A stretch of DNA of 63,144 nucleotides, the filler included, from Thelocarpon superellum (Eukaryota), in the NCBI GenBank assembly GCA_026025795.1. It is 11 parts of 11 records of this genome, joined end to end, with 100 filler letters (N's around TTAATTAATTAA, not from the genome) between each part and the next. Parts side by side here need not be neighbours in the genome. Positions count along the whole stretch, not along the records: positions 11,993 to 17,845 come from JAPEUG010000700.1; positions 17,946 to 23,796 come from JAPEUG010000701.1; positions 23,897 to 29,528 come from JAPEUG010000702.1; 8 more parts are not named here. One strand, 5' to 3'. Within the stretch, counting starts at the first letter, position 1. Each line of letters starts with the position of its first letter. This document shows positions 12,035 to 26,349 of this stretch, in pieces. The position numbers and the translations under genes were made by a program. The notes under the pieces were generated by a model. The model saw only the letters and a program-made list of their open reading frames with translations, was not told the origin of the DNA and made no database searches.

Positions 12035-15000
12035 TCACTTCAAGCCAAATCCCTCGCTATCGACCACGGCCCTCCACAACTTCTCCTCGAGCTTGGCGCG
12101 CGAGCTATAGCGATATAGGCCCAGGGTGTTGAAGCAAGTGCGGGCGACGGGGAAACGATCACAGTCGTCGCCGAGACAGGCAACCTTGATGTGCAGGCTG
12201 GTGGTGCCCATGGCCGGGATGCGGTCGCTGCCGGTGATGAAGCCCAGGATCTTGCGCTGGTCGCGCGCGTCGGCCCGGTGCAAAAAGTCCCAGAACCAGA
12301 TCGCGACGGCCTCTTGCTCGCCGGTGGGGTCGCTGCCCCAGTTCTCGTAGACGGCGACGGCACGGAGGGAGGCGACGTCAAGCGGTTCGTCCGACCCTCG
12401 CACCAGCAATTCAATCTCTTCGGGCCGGAAGAGCGAGAGGGCGTTGCCGCCGCAGACGGTGTAGAAGCCGCGCTTGAACGGCTCGAATTGTCGGGTCACG
12501 GCGGTGTCGAGTAGGTAGCGGACGTAGAGATCCACAAATTCGCGCCGGTTGCTGTTCGTCACCACCCGCGTCTCGCCGTCGGGACAGAGCGGAACCTGCC
12601 TGATCTCGCCATATCGATCCACGTCGGTGACAAAGTTCCGACAGAACGTCTCTTCTACGTCGCCGTCAAACTCGAGGAGCCGTCGTAGGCCGCTGGCGAG
12701 CCCGGGTCGGAACTCGGCCAGGTCGTCGATCGTGTATCCGAGGACGGGACGCGCAGCGAACGGCATCGTTCCGGCATTCGGCACCGGGGCCGCCGCGAGG
12801 AGCTTCTTGAAGGTGAAGGGGGGCAGGGCCACGTCGAGGATGGTGGAGTTGTAAATGGCCAATCCCAGCAAGACACCCACGAGGAAGAACTGGTCCGACG
12901 TCTCAAAGCAGTGCGGATTGAAGTAGCAATATTGCGAGTCTTCATCGTACACGAAGAGGCCTACTCCTGTCGTCAGACTGCCTGGGCACTCCAGCGCGAG
13001 GATCTCTCTCTTACCGTGGTCGGGGTCGAAGATATCCCGGACGAGCAACAAGAACCACTCCTTGCGCAAGCCGCCCGCATCGACCCCCTCCTCGCCCAGA
13101 AACTCGATCCGCAAGCTCTTTTTGATCTCTTCCTGGCCCGTCCCCACGACCTCGCTGACGCCGCGCAGGCTGTCTTCCGCCAAGCAATCGCGGCGGACCT
13201 TCAGGACCAGGTATTGGCTCACGGCCTTACGGCTCATGATGCTGTCGAAAAAGGCCTCGCGTGCTTTGATCTCCATCTGTCGTCGCGCGTCGTGCTCCAT
13301 GATGTGAATCTTGGCCCAGATGCTGAGGAAGAAGGGATATTGGCAGAAGGAAAATTTGCCGCGCTTCAACTCCCACGATTCGAAGTCGGCGATGAGGTCC
13401 GAATAGTCCAAGAGGCTGTTGTAGAAGTCGCTCGTCGGTAGCATCTGCCCGTGATTGCGCGCCCGTTGCCGTGCCGCGCCGCCGCGCCCGCCGGACCCAA
13501 TCATCGGGGGTTCCGTGATGGGCCCATCGCTCTTGCGCGCGATGCCGCTATTATTGGCGGCGAAGAGGAGAGCCATGACCTTGGACGCGGCCTTGATCTG
13601 CCAATCCTCGCCGTAGACGACCGTGTCCGCCTTGCTTTCACCGAGCTTGGGCGAGCCCGTGAGGCCCAGGGCCGCGTGTAGCTGCGCCGAGCTCGTTCGT
13701 CCCGCGTCTTGGAGGTTCGGAATCAAGCCGGCCGTCAGATCAGCCGCGTCACTCTTCTTCCGGCCGTGCTGTCTCGTCAGGCGGTACGTGACGAAGCTGC
13801 CGACCAGGTCCACCACGCGTTGGAAGTGACTCTCCGAGAAGCGGGCGAACCAGGCGATGAGATATCGATGGCACTCATTGGGCAGATTGGCCAGCAGGCC
13901 GAGAATCCGCTTGATGATGCCCGAATGCTGTCCAGGACCAGACGGGGACCGGTCCCGCCCGTGCGACGCTTGCTTCGGCGTTGTCCCGTCGGGCGATGGC
14001 GGCCGACCGCGCCCGTAGAGTAAGGGGTTCGCGAGGAGAACTAGGAGGAAGCGGATGTCTTCGGGCCCCTTCAGTGGCCGGCCCGGACGCTTCAACAGGC
14101 CCTCCGACGCTTTCAGCAGGGTCCGCTGTAGCCGATATCGCGCGCGATCAATCTCTTCCTCGACATCTCGCAGATCTCCCAGACTTCCCATCTCCACGGG
14201 GCTGTGACCGGCGCCAATTCGACAACCAGTGTCGTCAAGGTCACGCAGGCGGGCCCGCCAGTTTTTACCCGCGTTCAAGACCAGTTGATACCACTTCGTC
14301 AGCTTGATCCAGTCGATGCGGGGCGTTTTCAGGCTGACGGCTTCTTTCGCGCCCGTTCCACCATCCGTTGACGGTTCTCGCCCATGCGAGCTGTGCGACG
14401 GGCGTCGACCATCCGTCCGATTGCCCGTCCACCACGAGCCGTTTTCCGCCACGTCCCCCAGCAAGAGGGTTTTCGCGTCGAGGTCGGACATTGGCGAGGG
14501 CCGGGCGGTTGGGCTGATGTCATCCTCCTCATTGGAGCCTCTCATCGTGGTCTGCGGACCGTCACTGATGGAGCGCACAGACGGGCCCGACCGGGTCCCG
14601 GTCACGCTAAAGGAGGCGTTGACGCATTCGTGGTTAAAACTCGTGATGATATATTGTTCCAAGGGTTTGAAGATGATTCCGTCTACCTCGGAGCCGTGAG
14701 ACCCGGCTCGTTCTCGATCCCCGCTCCGCGATCGCGGCCGACGGTCATTTGAAGACGGGCGTTGCACCCCGTTGACCTGCCGATTCGCGTCTCGCGACGG
14801 CGACAGGTGTGTGCGGTTGATGTTGGCGGACGTGGCTCGCAACGCGCTCTCCGATTTCTTGTGTCGCACCGCCTCGAGATGTGGAGGAATCCCATCGTGC
14901 AAGGAGGGCGAACCTTGCCCAGCAGTCGAATTTGCCCGCCGCTCTGGAAAGATCCAGGGCGACGGATGGTCTCCAGGCCGCGGGGATGGGTTCCACATAT

Positions 15001-15967
15001 CGGCGGGGAGACTGGATGACCCGGGTGAGGTGACCGTACTGCATTCCTGAGATGCTGACGCGAGGGGCACCAGCGGTTGGGGGACGCTCGTTGGAGCAAC
15101 GGTTCCTCGCGGTGAGACCGGGGGAGACTCAGCGTGACCGCCCAGAGCTGGCGAGCCCTTGTTGAGGCGTCTCTGTAGATGTCGAACGAGGCAGCGGTCG
15201 ATGATGGCCTGAGTCTTCTCGATGGAGAGCGGTAAGGCTGCCGGTCACATTAGCCCTTCGCCCACACGGTGACGTGACCCAGCTGGCTCACCCTTCTTGG
15301 AAGTCCCTTCGGCGGCTTCGCTTCCGCCCATGACGCGCGAGAAGCCCCAGGGACCTTGGGGCCCTCGTGGATCTTGGCCAATGGGCTTGAGGTCGTTGAT
15401 GGTGGAGCAGACGGTACATCGGAAGATCTTGAGATCCTTGGGCCAGCGTACCAGTGTATCACACGTCATGCACCGTCCTGGCGTCAGATCAGCCTCCGCC
15501 AGCGGCTTGGGCCGCGCCCGGCTAGGCGCTGCTTGTGTGGCTGACTCGCGGTCCCCGTGGACGACCTTGGCCGGCCCGGGGGACTCCGAAGGGCGGTGGC
15601 CGTTCGCGGGCGGCAGGTCTCGATCAACTTTCTTGCCTCCGCCGAACAGGGAGGGGAACGGGTGACTGATGGATCGTCCATGGCCGGACCCCAATCTCCT
15701 CGGCACACCGCTGGCGGACGGACCCGCTCGCGGGGAGGGACGCAAGGTCGGCACCAAGACCAGCTCCTCGTGCCGGAGGCTCAGTTCCGTCTCCGCGTCA
15801 CGGAGCTGATGGGTCGATCCGGCGGAGGTGTGAGGGCCGGAACCGGGCGCAGAGCCGGCTCCAAAGGTGCTTGTAGTGGCATGAGGTGTGGTGGACGCCG
15901 ACGCAGATGCGGACATGGGCACCGACGTAGATGGGTTCGAGAGCAGGCGAGCCGGCCACGAAGGCAT
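12035..15967 (-). CDS. HUL4: HECT E3 ubiquitin ligase (Hul4-like), introns ~15238-15291 and 12961-13014
   Basis: EEGVDAGGLRKEWF, FITGSDRIP and catalytic PVARTCFNTL HECT motifs; N-terminal CxxC..CxxC; start codon inferred. Confidence 0.85.
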
Positions 15968-16946
15968 GAGGGTCGGTGGATGGACGGCTCCGCCACGGCT
16001 GAGTGCTGACATGCAGCACCCAGACTCACGATGCGTGTTCACATGTACCCGTCCGTGGTACCAAGTGTGTATCGTCGTCGTCGAAATCCAAACCCGAACC
16101 TGCACCTGACTTGTGGTCTGGACGGGAGAACCGTTGGCGAATCCGGGACTCGCGGTCGGATAGGGATGAGCGCTGGTTCCAGGCTGTGTGGGGTCTGTCT
16201 GGAGTGCCGACCAGGGGGAGGGACGGTTTCGGAGCCAATCCGCGTCACTGGTTGAGGCGCGACCATCCCATCCCAAAGTAGGATGTCAAAGCTTTCGGCC
16301 CATCCGCCGAGGCGACGGCGTCGGGCACCTTTCTAGCTTTAGACCGGCGGTGCAGCTCCAGAGTTCAGAGGGACGTACCCCAGACGCGCCCAGCCGTGTC
16401 AAGAGCCGAGACAGCGTGGCGGTACCCTGGCTCGTGTGCCCGCGCCGCGCCTGGCCACACCACACCGGCCGCTGGAGGACGTCGTACAAGTACTCGCCCC
16501 CGGCCGGGGCGAATGAGAGGGGAGCAATCATTTCCTGACTGATGGCATGACTACGCATGAGGGCTCCAAGGAAACACTGAGATGGTCGCCGGAATCGTAA
16601 GAAGGGCTGCACCTCGATCTCCCAACGGCGGATGTTGTCCTCTCATCACCAATCTCAGCCGTGAGCCCGAGCACCCTCACCAAGTTACATCACCATTGGC
16701 ACGCGTCGAACCAGGGTTCCCTCACCACTTTCACCCGTGCTTTTCTGTCTCCGGCATGGTCACCGTGCGCGCCTCGCTCGTGGGTCACTTGATCTCATCT
16801 ACGGCATGACGCGACTGGTATTGTGATGTCTGATCGCAGCCCGTGCAAAGTGCATTCCCATTCCACTATCTCGCACTCGGCTTGGAGGTAAGTACCATGA
16901 ATAGGGACGTGCCCGTCTTCCCCGCTCCCATTGCTCTCCGCATCCT

Positions 16947-17751
16947 CTACCGATAGCGGAACAGCGACAGGGTATTGTGTCGCTTCCACGTCTTCCGGCG
17001 GCCGGCCGTGGTCTTGTTGAACCGATGTCCCTTGCCCAGACCACGAGACTTCTTGCCCGTCGCAGTGAGGCCACGGGACTCGCGGTGCTGCTTGTGTGTC
17101 AGGATGGCCGCGCCATCGGTTGCACCAACTGATGCAGGAGAGACGGACCTTGTGCACGGGATTGACGATCCAATTGATGCGAGGATCGAGACGTATGGCC
17201 TTGTGACTGGGATCAACAAGAATGACCTCGTAGTATTTGTACGTCGAGTCTTGGTTGATCCAGTACGAATTGAGCACCCGCAGATTGGCGCATCGCCGGC
17301 CCACACGTTCCTCCGCCGTGGACTTGAGCGACCGCTGGAACTTCAGCTGGTTCACACCCTGGTTGGTCGGCTTGCCTGGTCGAGACGAGATTCATCAGTC
17401 GCGGCCCCACGAATGCTTCGCGGCCCCTTCCTGATCAGGACATACCATAGGTGGCTCCCTTGGGCACGGGTCGCTTTCGCCCGCCTCGTCGCACGCGCAC
17501 GCGATAGATCACATAACCCTGCTTGGCCTTGTACCCCAGGCGGCGAGCCTTGTCCGGGCGCGTGGGTCGCGAGGCACGATGGATGACGTTCAATTGGCGC
17601 AGCTGACGCCTGCATGTTAGCCATGTGCGAGGTGGACCGTATCGTTTGGAGATGCCATTCTCACCTCCCAACAGCGGACACGCAGGAGAAAGCGGAGGAC
17701 ATCAGATTGCTTTTTCTTCTGCAGCTCCTCAACGTACTTGAGGGCACCCAT
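16947..17751 (-). CDS. RPL15: 60S ribosomal protein eL15, 3 coding introns plus an intron ending right before the ATG
   Basis: [80 protein letters not shown]. Confidence 0.97.
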
Positions 17752-17845
17752 CTGTGTGAAGAGCGTGAGCAAGGATCCACCAGACGGAGGATGAATGGAG
17801 GGTTTCAAGGTACCTTGACGATTCCAGGGTTGGTGTTGCTGGTGG

Positions 17846-17945
17846 NNNNNNNNNNNNNNNNNNNNNNNNNNNNNNNNNNNNNNNNNNNNTTAATTAATTA
17901 ANNNNNNNNNNNNNNNNNNNNNNNNNNNNNNNNNNNNNNNNNNNN
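17846..17945. other. Artificial contig spacer
   Basis: Identical linker. Confidence 0.98.
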
Positions 17946-18871
17946 ATCTTCTCACGACAGGGTGATCCCTGGCTCTGCATGGAAATTGGCAGGTTGATGA
18001 CGATAAGAGGTCGACGACACCGATCCAGCTGGCGCAGAGCTTATCGCTAGCCGTCTCGCCAAAGGTGAATCCTGCTCGAGAGGATCGGACGCCACCCTGT
18101 ACTACAACTGCCACAGCGCGTGGCTCGGGAACGGTCACGAATCAGAGCGGTTGCACCCGTCAAGCTTTGGGCCCAGCCAGCTGACTAGTGCCGAGTTAGC
18201 CGTCCGTTCAAGCCGGAAGGCGGATCATGCCCCCCCTCCGGCCCTGTCAGTCGCTTGAGCATTGCTCGCAGAAGGAACCTTCTCCCATTATTTCGCGGCC
18301 CTCGCTGTGTGATCGGGCGGGGGTCAGACGAGGTTTCCTGTCTCCTCGTTCTCATCATGATGAGTCATAGAGGCATGCACGACGTCTTAATCGAAGTGCA
18401 CCAAGCCTGGTAGGGACATCGGCCGCACTTACGACGCTGCTGGGAAGGCCCTCCTGTAACAGACGGAGGACGGGGGTGTTGGATGGAGTCGCCAAACGCC
18501 CGACGAAAGGGAAGTCGGCATCTCTGTTCCGGCCGTCGTAAATCCGTTGAGCGCGCACCCCGCCCGGCAAACCGATCGATGCCGCCACTCCCGCCCGGCC
18601 AGCGGTCAAGACAAGGCCGACGTCCGGTCCCTTCTCCCCACTTCTGTGTGTGCGTTACAAGCTTGCGGACGAGGCGAGTAGCGTAGTTGATTTCTAATGG
18701 TGAAAACTCATCCTGTCGACGTCTTGCGACAACAAGGAACCTCTCTGGCTGGACTGTAGACTCGACACCTTGGCTCTTGTGAGAAGCGTCCGTAGATGGA
18801 TATGAGGTGACGCTTGCGTCCTCGTCCGCCTTCCACCGTGGCCCACGCCGTCACCTACCAAGACTCGCAAC

Positions 18872-21800
18872 ATGTCCGACCCAGCGTCAGCCAAGCTCGA
18901 TGCGGCTCTCGACCCAGAGACGGTGGCGACGATGCCTGAAGCCGTGGACCGTGCCGAACCACGCGCAACCGAGCCACAAGCCTCAACGATAAATGTCGTC
19001 ACGGACCTCGAATCCTCCACGGATGACTTGGAGCACGACCCGGAGAAAAAATCGCTCGAAATCACCCAGCAGACCACCACGCGCTCAACCGCCCTCAGTG
19101 AGATCTCGGAGACTGAGCAGTCGACGTCGCGCGGGGCCTCCACGGCCACCCACAAGAAGAAACCATGGTACAAGCGTTTGAATCCCCTCAAGCGGAGCCG
19201 CAAGCCACCCGTCCCCACAGAGCGCACCGTCTGCCGCGAGTATGGCGCCCCCTTCCTCAGTCTCATGACCTTCCAATGGATGGCCCCTCTGATGAGCACG
19301 GGCTATCAACGCCCCCTCGAATTGAACGACATCTGGCTCGTCAACCCCAACCGCAGCGCCGACGTCATGTCGGTCAAGCTCAGCCGCTCCTTTCAGAAGC
19401 GGGTGGCCCGCGGCGACAAGTTTCCGCTCTTCTGGGCCCTCCATGAGACCTACCGCTTCGAATTCTGGCTCGGGGGCATATGTCAGTTTTTTGCCAGCGT
19501 CTTCCAAGTCACGTCCCCTTACATCCTGCGATACCTCATCAACTTTGCCTCTCAGGCCTACTATGCCGAGTTGGACCCCAGCGGCGTACGTGGTCCCAGC
19601 ATCGGCAATGGCCTGGGCCTGGTTTTTGGCGTCACCGGCCTGCAGATGCTGCAGAGTCTCGGGACCAATCAGTTCATCTATCGAGGCATGATGGTCGGTG
19701 CGCAGTCGAGAGCGGTGCTGATTGCGACCATCTTCGAGAAATCCATGAAGATCTCCGGTCGTGCCAGAGCTGGCGGGCTGGCCATCACGGCTGGCGCGTC
19801 CGGGACCGAGAAGCAGGCTGACAACACGGAGAATTCAAAGAAATCAAAGAAGCAAGCAGGCCGACCCAAGGGCTTGCCGGGCAAGACCGCAGGCGTTGCA
19901 GGCGATGGCACCGGATGGGCCAATGGCCGAGTGGTGAACCTCATGTCTGTCGACACCTACCGCGTCGATCAAGCTTCGGGCATGTTTCATCTCATCTGGA
20001 CCGGGCCGCTTTCCATGATTATCACCCTGGTGCTGCTCCTGGTCAACATCACCTACAGCGCCCTCGCCGGCTTCGCCATCCTAGTCATCGGCACCCCCAT
20101 CCTAACGCGAGCCATCAAGTCTCTCTTCCGCCGACGACGCGCCATCAACAAGGTGACCGACCAGCGAGTCAGCTTGACCCAAGAGATCCTGCAGGCCGTA
20201 CGATTCGTCAAATATTTTGGGTGGGAGCAGAGCTTCCTGGAGCGACTCGGAGAGATCCGTAACCGTGAGATCCATGCCATCCAGATCTTGTTGGCCATCC
20301 GAAATGCCATCAATGCAGTGTCCATGGTAAATCCTCCGTCCACCATCTTCCCCCCCACCCCAAAAACTATGCTAACAGTGTCGCTAGTCTCTGCCTATCT
20401 TTGCGTCTATGTTGTCCTTCATTACGTATGCCTTGACATCTCATGCGCTGGATCCGTCGCGTATCTTCTCGTCGCTCGCGCTCTTCAACTCACTCCGCAT
20501 GCCTCTTAACTTGCTTCCATTGGTCATTGGCCAAGTAACTGACGGATGGGCCTCCATGGGGCGGATCCAAGAGTACCTCCTGGCCGAGGAGATGCATGAT
20601 CAGTTTGAGTGGGATCTCGAGAACAAAAATGCCGTCGTAGCCTCGGCAGCTGACTTTACCTGGGAGCGAACGGCGACGCAAGATCCAGATCGGCTGGCGA
20701 CAGGGGCCAAGGCGCCCACCAAAAAAGAGCGAAAAGATGCGAAGAAGGCGGCCTCGGCGCTCGAGCGCGCCCAGAAAGACGCGGAAAAGGCAGCGGCCAA
20801 GGCCGGGGAAGATAAGGCGCTGGATACCTCGTCGGATGGAAGCGACAGTGCTAGTACGGTCACTGAACGCGAACCCTTCAAGTTGCAGGGCATGGACTTC
20901 ACCTTTGGTCGAAATGAGCTGGTCGCCGTCATCGGGAACGTGGGCTCGGGGAAGAGCTCGCTGCTGGCGGCGCTGGCAGGGGACATGCGCAAGACTAGGG
21001 GCGAGGTCGTCTTGGGCGCATCGCGCGCTTTCTGCCCCCAGTATGCGTGGATCCAGAACGCCACGGTCAAGGAGAACATTCTCTTCGGCCGCGAATACGA
21101 CGCGGCGTGGTACAACGAGGTTGTCGATGCGTGCGCCTTGCGGCCTGACCTGGAGATGCTACCCAACGGCGACCTCACGGAGATTGGCGAGCGCGGCATC
21201 ACCGTCTCCGGCGGACAAAAGCAGCGACTGAATATCGCGCGTGCCATCTACTTCGATGCGGATTTGATTCTGATGGATGACCCGCTTTCGGCCGTCGACG
21301 CTCACGTGGGAAAGCACATCTTCGACAACGCTATCTCCGGCCTCCTCCGTGACAAGTGTCGCATCCTTGCTACGCATCAACTCCACGTGCTGAATCGATG
21401 TGACCGGATCATCTGGCTGCAAGACGGACGGATCGAGGCTTTCGATACGTACAAGAACCTGATGGAGCACAACGAAGGCTTCGCCAAGATGATGATTACG
21501 ACCGCCAAAGAGCCCGAGGAAAAGGAGGACGACGACAGCAGCGATGAAGAGGCGGTCCCGAAGGAGGAGGCGAAGAAGAAAAAGCAGTCGAAGCCGGCGG
21601 CGGCCCTGATGCAGACCGAGGAGCGGGCGGTCAAAAGTGTGCCGTGGAGCGTATACGGCTCCTACATCCGTGCTTCAGGTACCATTTTCAACGGGCCCTT
21701 TGTTCTGTTCCTGCTCGTCATCTCACAATGCGCCAATATCGCCACCAGCTTGTGGTTGTCTTATTGGACGTCAGATCGATTCGGCTTCTCCATGGGCACC

Positions 21801-23586
21801 TACGTGAGTTACTCTACCGTCCCTTGCTTCGGACCTCTCCCCGGCTGCAAGAAACAGGACCCTGACGCGTGCATGCAGATTGGCATCTACGCCGCCTTGG
21901 GCGTCGTCCAAGCCACGTTGATGTTCTGTTTCTCGGTATCTTTATCGATCTTCGGGACCAGGGCCAGTAAAGTCATGCTCAATCGTGCCATGCGCCGCGT
22001 CTTACGGGCTCCCATGTCCTTCTTCGACACGACGCCGCTCGGCCGCATCACGAATCGCTTCTCCAAAGACATCGACGTCATGGACAACACTCTCTCGGAC
22101 TCGATGCGGTGAGCTTCTTCGTCGCCCTCTGTGCCAAGCGCGTGGTTGCTGACCTGTCACACTAGGATGTACTTCTTTACAATGGCCATGATCACCTCGG
22201 TCTTTACGCTCATCATCGTCTTCTTCCACTACGTAAGCGCATCCTCGGCTTAATCGTGGGCCAGCACTGACGCCCATGGACTAGTTTGCCGTCGCCCTGG
22301 GTCCACTCTTCCTGATGTTTCTCTTCGCCGCGAGCTATTACCGTGCATCGGCGCGCGAGATGAAGCGTCACGAAGCGGTGCTCCGGTCCGATGTCTTTGC
22401 GCGCTTCGGCGAGGCGCTCTCCGGCACGGCCTGTATTCGGGCATATGGTCTGCAGGACCGCTTTGTTCGGAGCCTGAAGCAGGCGATCGATCAGATGGAT
22501 AGCGCCTACTACTTGACCTTTTCGAACCAGCGCTGGCTCAGCGTGCGGCTCGATTGCATCGGGAACCTCCTCGTCTTCACCACCGGCATCCTCGTGGTGA
22601 CATCTCGATTCAACGTGTCGCCCAGCATCGCGGGCCTCGTGCTCTCGTACATCCTGTCGATCGTGCAGATGATCCAGTTCACGGTCCGACAGATGGCGGA
22701 GGTGGAGAACGGAATGAACGCGACGGAGCGTCTGCACTACTACGGCGCGGAGCTGGAAGAGGAGGCGCCCCTCACGCTGGGTCAGGTGAGCGAGGCTTGG
22801 CCGGAGCGCGGCGAGGTGATCTTCGACAACGTCCAGATGCGGTACCGCGCCAACCTGCCCTTGGTCTTGCAAGGACTGAAGATGCACGTGCAAGGAGGCG
22901 AGCGTATTGGTATCGTGGGCCGGACGGGAGCGGGCAAGTCCAGCATCATGACGACATTGTTCCGACTGGTCGAGCTCTCGGGAGGATCCATCACGATCGA
23001 TGGGGTGGATATCAGCACGGTTGGGCTGCACGACCTCCGCTCGCGGCTGGCCATCATCCCGCAAGACCCGACGCTGTTCCGCGGCACCATCCGATCCAAT
23101 CTCGACCCCTTTGGCGAGCACACGGACCTCGAGCTGTGGTCAGCCTTGCGACAGAGCGACCTGGTGTCGGAGGACGCCAGGCTGGACGACAAGTCGCCCG
23201 GTCGCATCCATCTCGACGGCGTGGTGGAGGAAGATGGATTCAATTTCAGCCTGGGCCAGCGGCAACTGATGGCACTGGCGCGTGCGCTGGTGCGCGGCAG
23301 CCAGATCATTGTGTGCGACGAGGCGACGTCGTCGGTGGATATCGAGACGGATCGCAAGATCCAACGCACCATCGCGGCGGGCTTCAAGGGCAAGACGCTG
23401 CTCTGCATTGCCCACCGACTTCGCACCATCATCAACTACGACCGCATCTGCGTCATGGACGCTGGCAAGATCGCCGAGCTCGACACGCCCGTGGCGTTGT
23501 ACGACAAGAAGCATGGCATCTTCCGCGGCATGTGCGAGCGAAGTGGCATCGCGCGGGCCGACTTTTTCGAGAACGATGAGGCGTAG
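18872..23586 (+). CDS. YOR1: ABCC/MRP-family ABC transporter (Yor1-like), 4 introns
   Basis: TMD-NBD-TMD-NBD. NBD1 GNVGSGKSS / VSGGQKQR / DDPLSAVD; NBD2 GRTGAGKSS / FSLGQRQL / DEATSSVD; FFDTTPLGRITNRFSKD. Confidence 0.9.
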
Positions 23587-23796
23587 GCATGCGGGCAATG
23601 GAGTGCACGCAGTATTCTGATGTGAGACATGCGTGGAGAATCAGAGATCCTCCTCTCTCACGCAGATAACGAATGATGTACTGTCTGATCATAGTCTGGA
23701 AGCCTGGTATCCCACGGTACAAGAAGCCTGCCCGCGTTCCCTCAGCCAGAGGCGCCCGGAGCCCTCCGCACCGGGGGTGGCAAGTAGACAGTCATC

Positions 23797-23896
23797 NNNN
23801 NNNNNNNNNNNNNNNNNNNNNNNNNNNNNNNNNNNNNNNNTTAATTAATTAANNNNNNNNNNNNNNNNNNNNNNNNNNNNNNNNNNNNNNNNNNNN
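23797..23896. other. Artificial contig spacer
   Basis: Identical linker. Confidence 0.98.
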
Positions 23897-24018
23897 GACG
23901 GGAGATCGGGCCACACGCCATGGCAGGATCTGGACCAAGTGAGAGATGGAAGGCACTCGATTGGCGAGACCACGCATCGTCCCCCGTCCGCCGTCCGCTC
24001 GCGCGGGCCTATCTACAT

Positions 24019-24071
24019 GAGCACGGGCACGGGCACGAGCACGATCACGATCACGAACACGAGCACGAGCA
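24019..24071. repeat. Degenerate hexamer tandem repeat (GAGCAC/GGGCAC/GATCAC)n
   Basis: Directly visible. Confidence 0.85.
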
Positions 24072-24215
24072 CTCCAGGGGATCCCAGGCCCCCGGCCAGA
24101 GTACAGAGATCTCAGACAGAGATAGTTGGATATGAGATATGAGACTTGAGATATAGAGAGCAGAGAACGCACAATACCGACCGCGCTTCCGGACCCGCGT
24201 ACGTTGCGGTGGGGG

Positions 24216-24290
24216 GGCGGAGGCGGAGGCGGAGGCAGAGGCAGAGGCAGAGGCAGAGGCAGAGGCAGAGGCAGAGGCAGAGGCAGAGGC
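24216..24290. repeat. (GGCGGA)n(GGCAGA)n microsatellite just downstream of the pad-1 stop codon
   Basis: Directly visible. Confidence 0.95.
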
Positions 24291-24299
24291 ATCTCCCCC

Positions 24300-26349
24300 T
24301 TAGATGGCCTTGGTGCGCGAAAACAGACTGCCGTAGACGGCGTCGACGACGGGCGTGGCACTGATCTGCCGGCCGCCAAAAAAGCGGCCGTTGAGCCCCT
24401 TGATGGCATTCTCCCCTCCCTGCACCCGATCGAACTTGAGATAGATGTCACCCTGAGAATTGGGGTCAAGGGCAATGTGCACCACGTGCCCATACTTGTC
24501 CTCACACTCCGCCCGGACGTCATCTTCCAGCTCCTTCATCCAGGCATCGCCCTCTTCTCTAGAGCACGGGTCAGCGAGGGGTGCACAGGGCAGCGACGGG
24601 GACGGCGCCCAGGAGAGGGGACATACTCGGCCGGATCGAACATGTTCTTCAGGACGACGCATCGACTCGCCATGTCCACCTTCACCGCGAGCGGCTTGAC
24701 ATCCGACTTGGGCTTGGCGATGATGGCGCGGGCCTCGTCGCCGGCGCCGTTGGCCTCGCCGGGCGCGGGCTCGGTGCGGGCCAGCTTCCGCATGAGGGCG
24801 TCGCGGCTGTAGTTGTTGAAGTTCACGCCGGCGACGTCGGTGTCATCCAGCGCACTCGCGCCTCCCGCGCCTTTGTCGCTGTCCCGTCCCCCGGCGCGAT
24901 CAAAGGCGCCACCGGCGCCGCCCGCCTGGGCACCGCGTCCGCCGTGGCCGGAGAAGGCGGATCCCTGAAAGGTGCGTTGGTCGCCGTTTTGACCTTGGAA
25001 GCGTTGCAGGAGATTGGCCGTGGACTCGGGGGTAAACTTATCGTTGCCTAAGCCCACGCGGATTGGACGTCCGGCCAGATCGAAGCCGTTCATCTTGTCC
25101 AAGGCCTCCCGAGCCTGCGCGGGATCGCGGAACCTGTGCACACGGGTGAGTCCACGACCCGGCCGGGGGGGGAGGGCAAGACACCACGTACTGAACGAAT
25201 CCATAGCCGCGACTGCGCCCTTGCTCCTCCTTCTGCAGCTGCACAAACTCCAACTCGCCAAAGGGCTCGAAGACGTTCTGTAGATCGCTCTCAGTGATGC
25301 TGAAATGGATGTTGCCGACATACAACCTGTGGAAGGGGACATGATTCGGGTTCCCTTGGGCGGAGGTATCGCCGGTGCGGGCCTGCCGATTCTTCTCCGC
25401 CTCCGTCAGCTGCGCGATGATGGGGATGCCCAAGAGCTTCTGGCCGGTGAGCTGGATGGCCTTCTGCACCGACTCCTCCTGCTTGAACTCGACATATCCC
25501 ACGCTATCTGCCGTCAGTCACGGCCGCTGTGGGCGTAGGAGGGGACACGTACCCTTTGGATCGGCCACTGACGCGGTCCTTGACGATCTGGGCTTCCTTG
25601 ACGGGTCCGACCTTTTCGAAGAACGCGATCAGCTCTTTGGTCCTCAAGCGTGCGGCCAGCTGCTGCACGAAGACGGTGCGCCGGTCCCGCTCGTCTTCCG
25701 TCGGCTGCGGCGAGGTCGACTTGCTCCGGCGGGGCTTGGGGCTGCGGCTGCGGGCACGACCGCCGTCGCGGCCGTGCTGATCCCGGTCCCGCTCTCGGTC
25801 CCGGCGGGGATCGCGAGGCCGCTCGTCGTGGCGCTCGTCGTGGCGCTCGTCGCGGCCGCCGCGGCCGGTGGGACGATAGTATCTATCACCGTCAGGCGAC
25901 CCAGCATGAGAACGATCACGGCGCCCCGCGCGGTAGTAGTCCCCGCCCGACGCCCGATGGGCATCCTCCTCGCCGGGCGAATCACGATGGCGGTCCCGGC
26001 GAGAGTGACGGCGATCGCCCTCGCGGCTGCGGCTTCTCCGCCGACTGCTCCGGTGGCTGCCGTGGGCGCTGCCGCGCTCACTGTGCGGGCTCATCTGCTC
26101 ATCTGGGTCCGGGTCGCGGTCGCGGCGTCCGCGGTCGCGGCTTCGCTCGCGGCGCTTCCGGTCCCGGTCGCGGTCGCGGTCACGATCCCGACTGTCATCA
26201 CGGTCTCGGTCCCGATCGCGCTCACGGCGGTCATGCCGCTCGCGCTTGTGCCGGTCGTCGCCATCGACCGATCGACCCGACCGGCTCCGGTCCGGCTCGG
26301 CGGCCTGGGCGGCGGAGTCTAGGAGGGCTTCGATATCAAGACCTGACAT
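24300..26349 (-). CDS. pad-1: RBM39/CAPER-like splicing factor (RD/RS-rich N-terminus, 2 RRM plus UHM), 3 introns
   Basis: [71 protein letters not shown]. Confidence 0.9.
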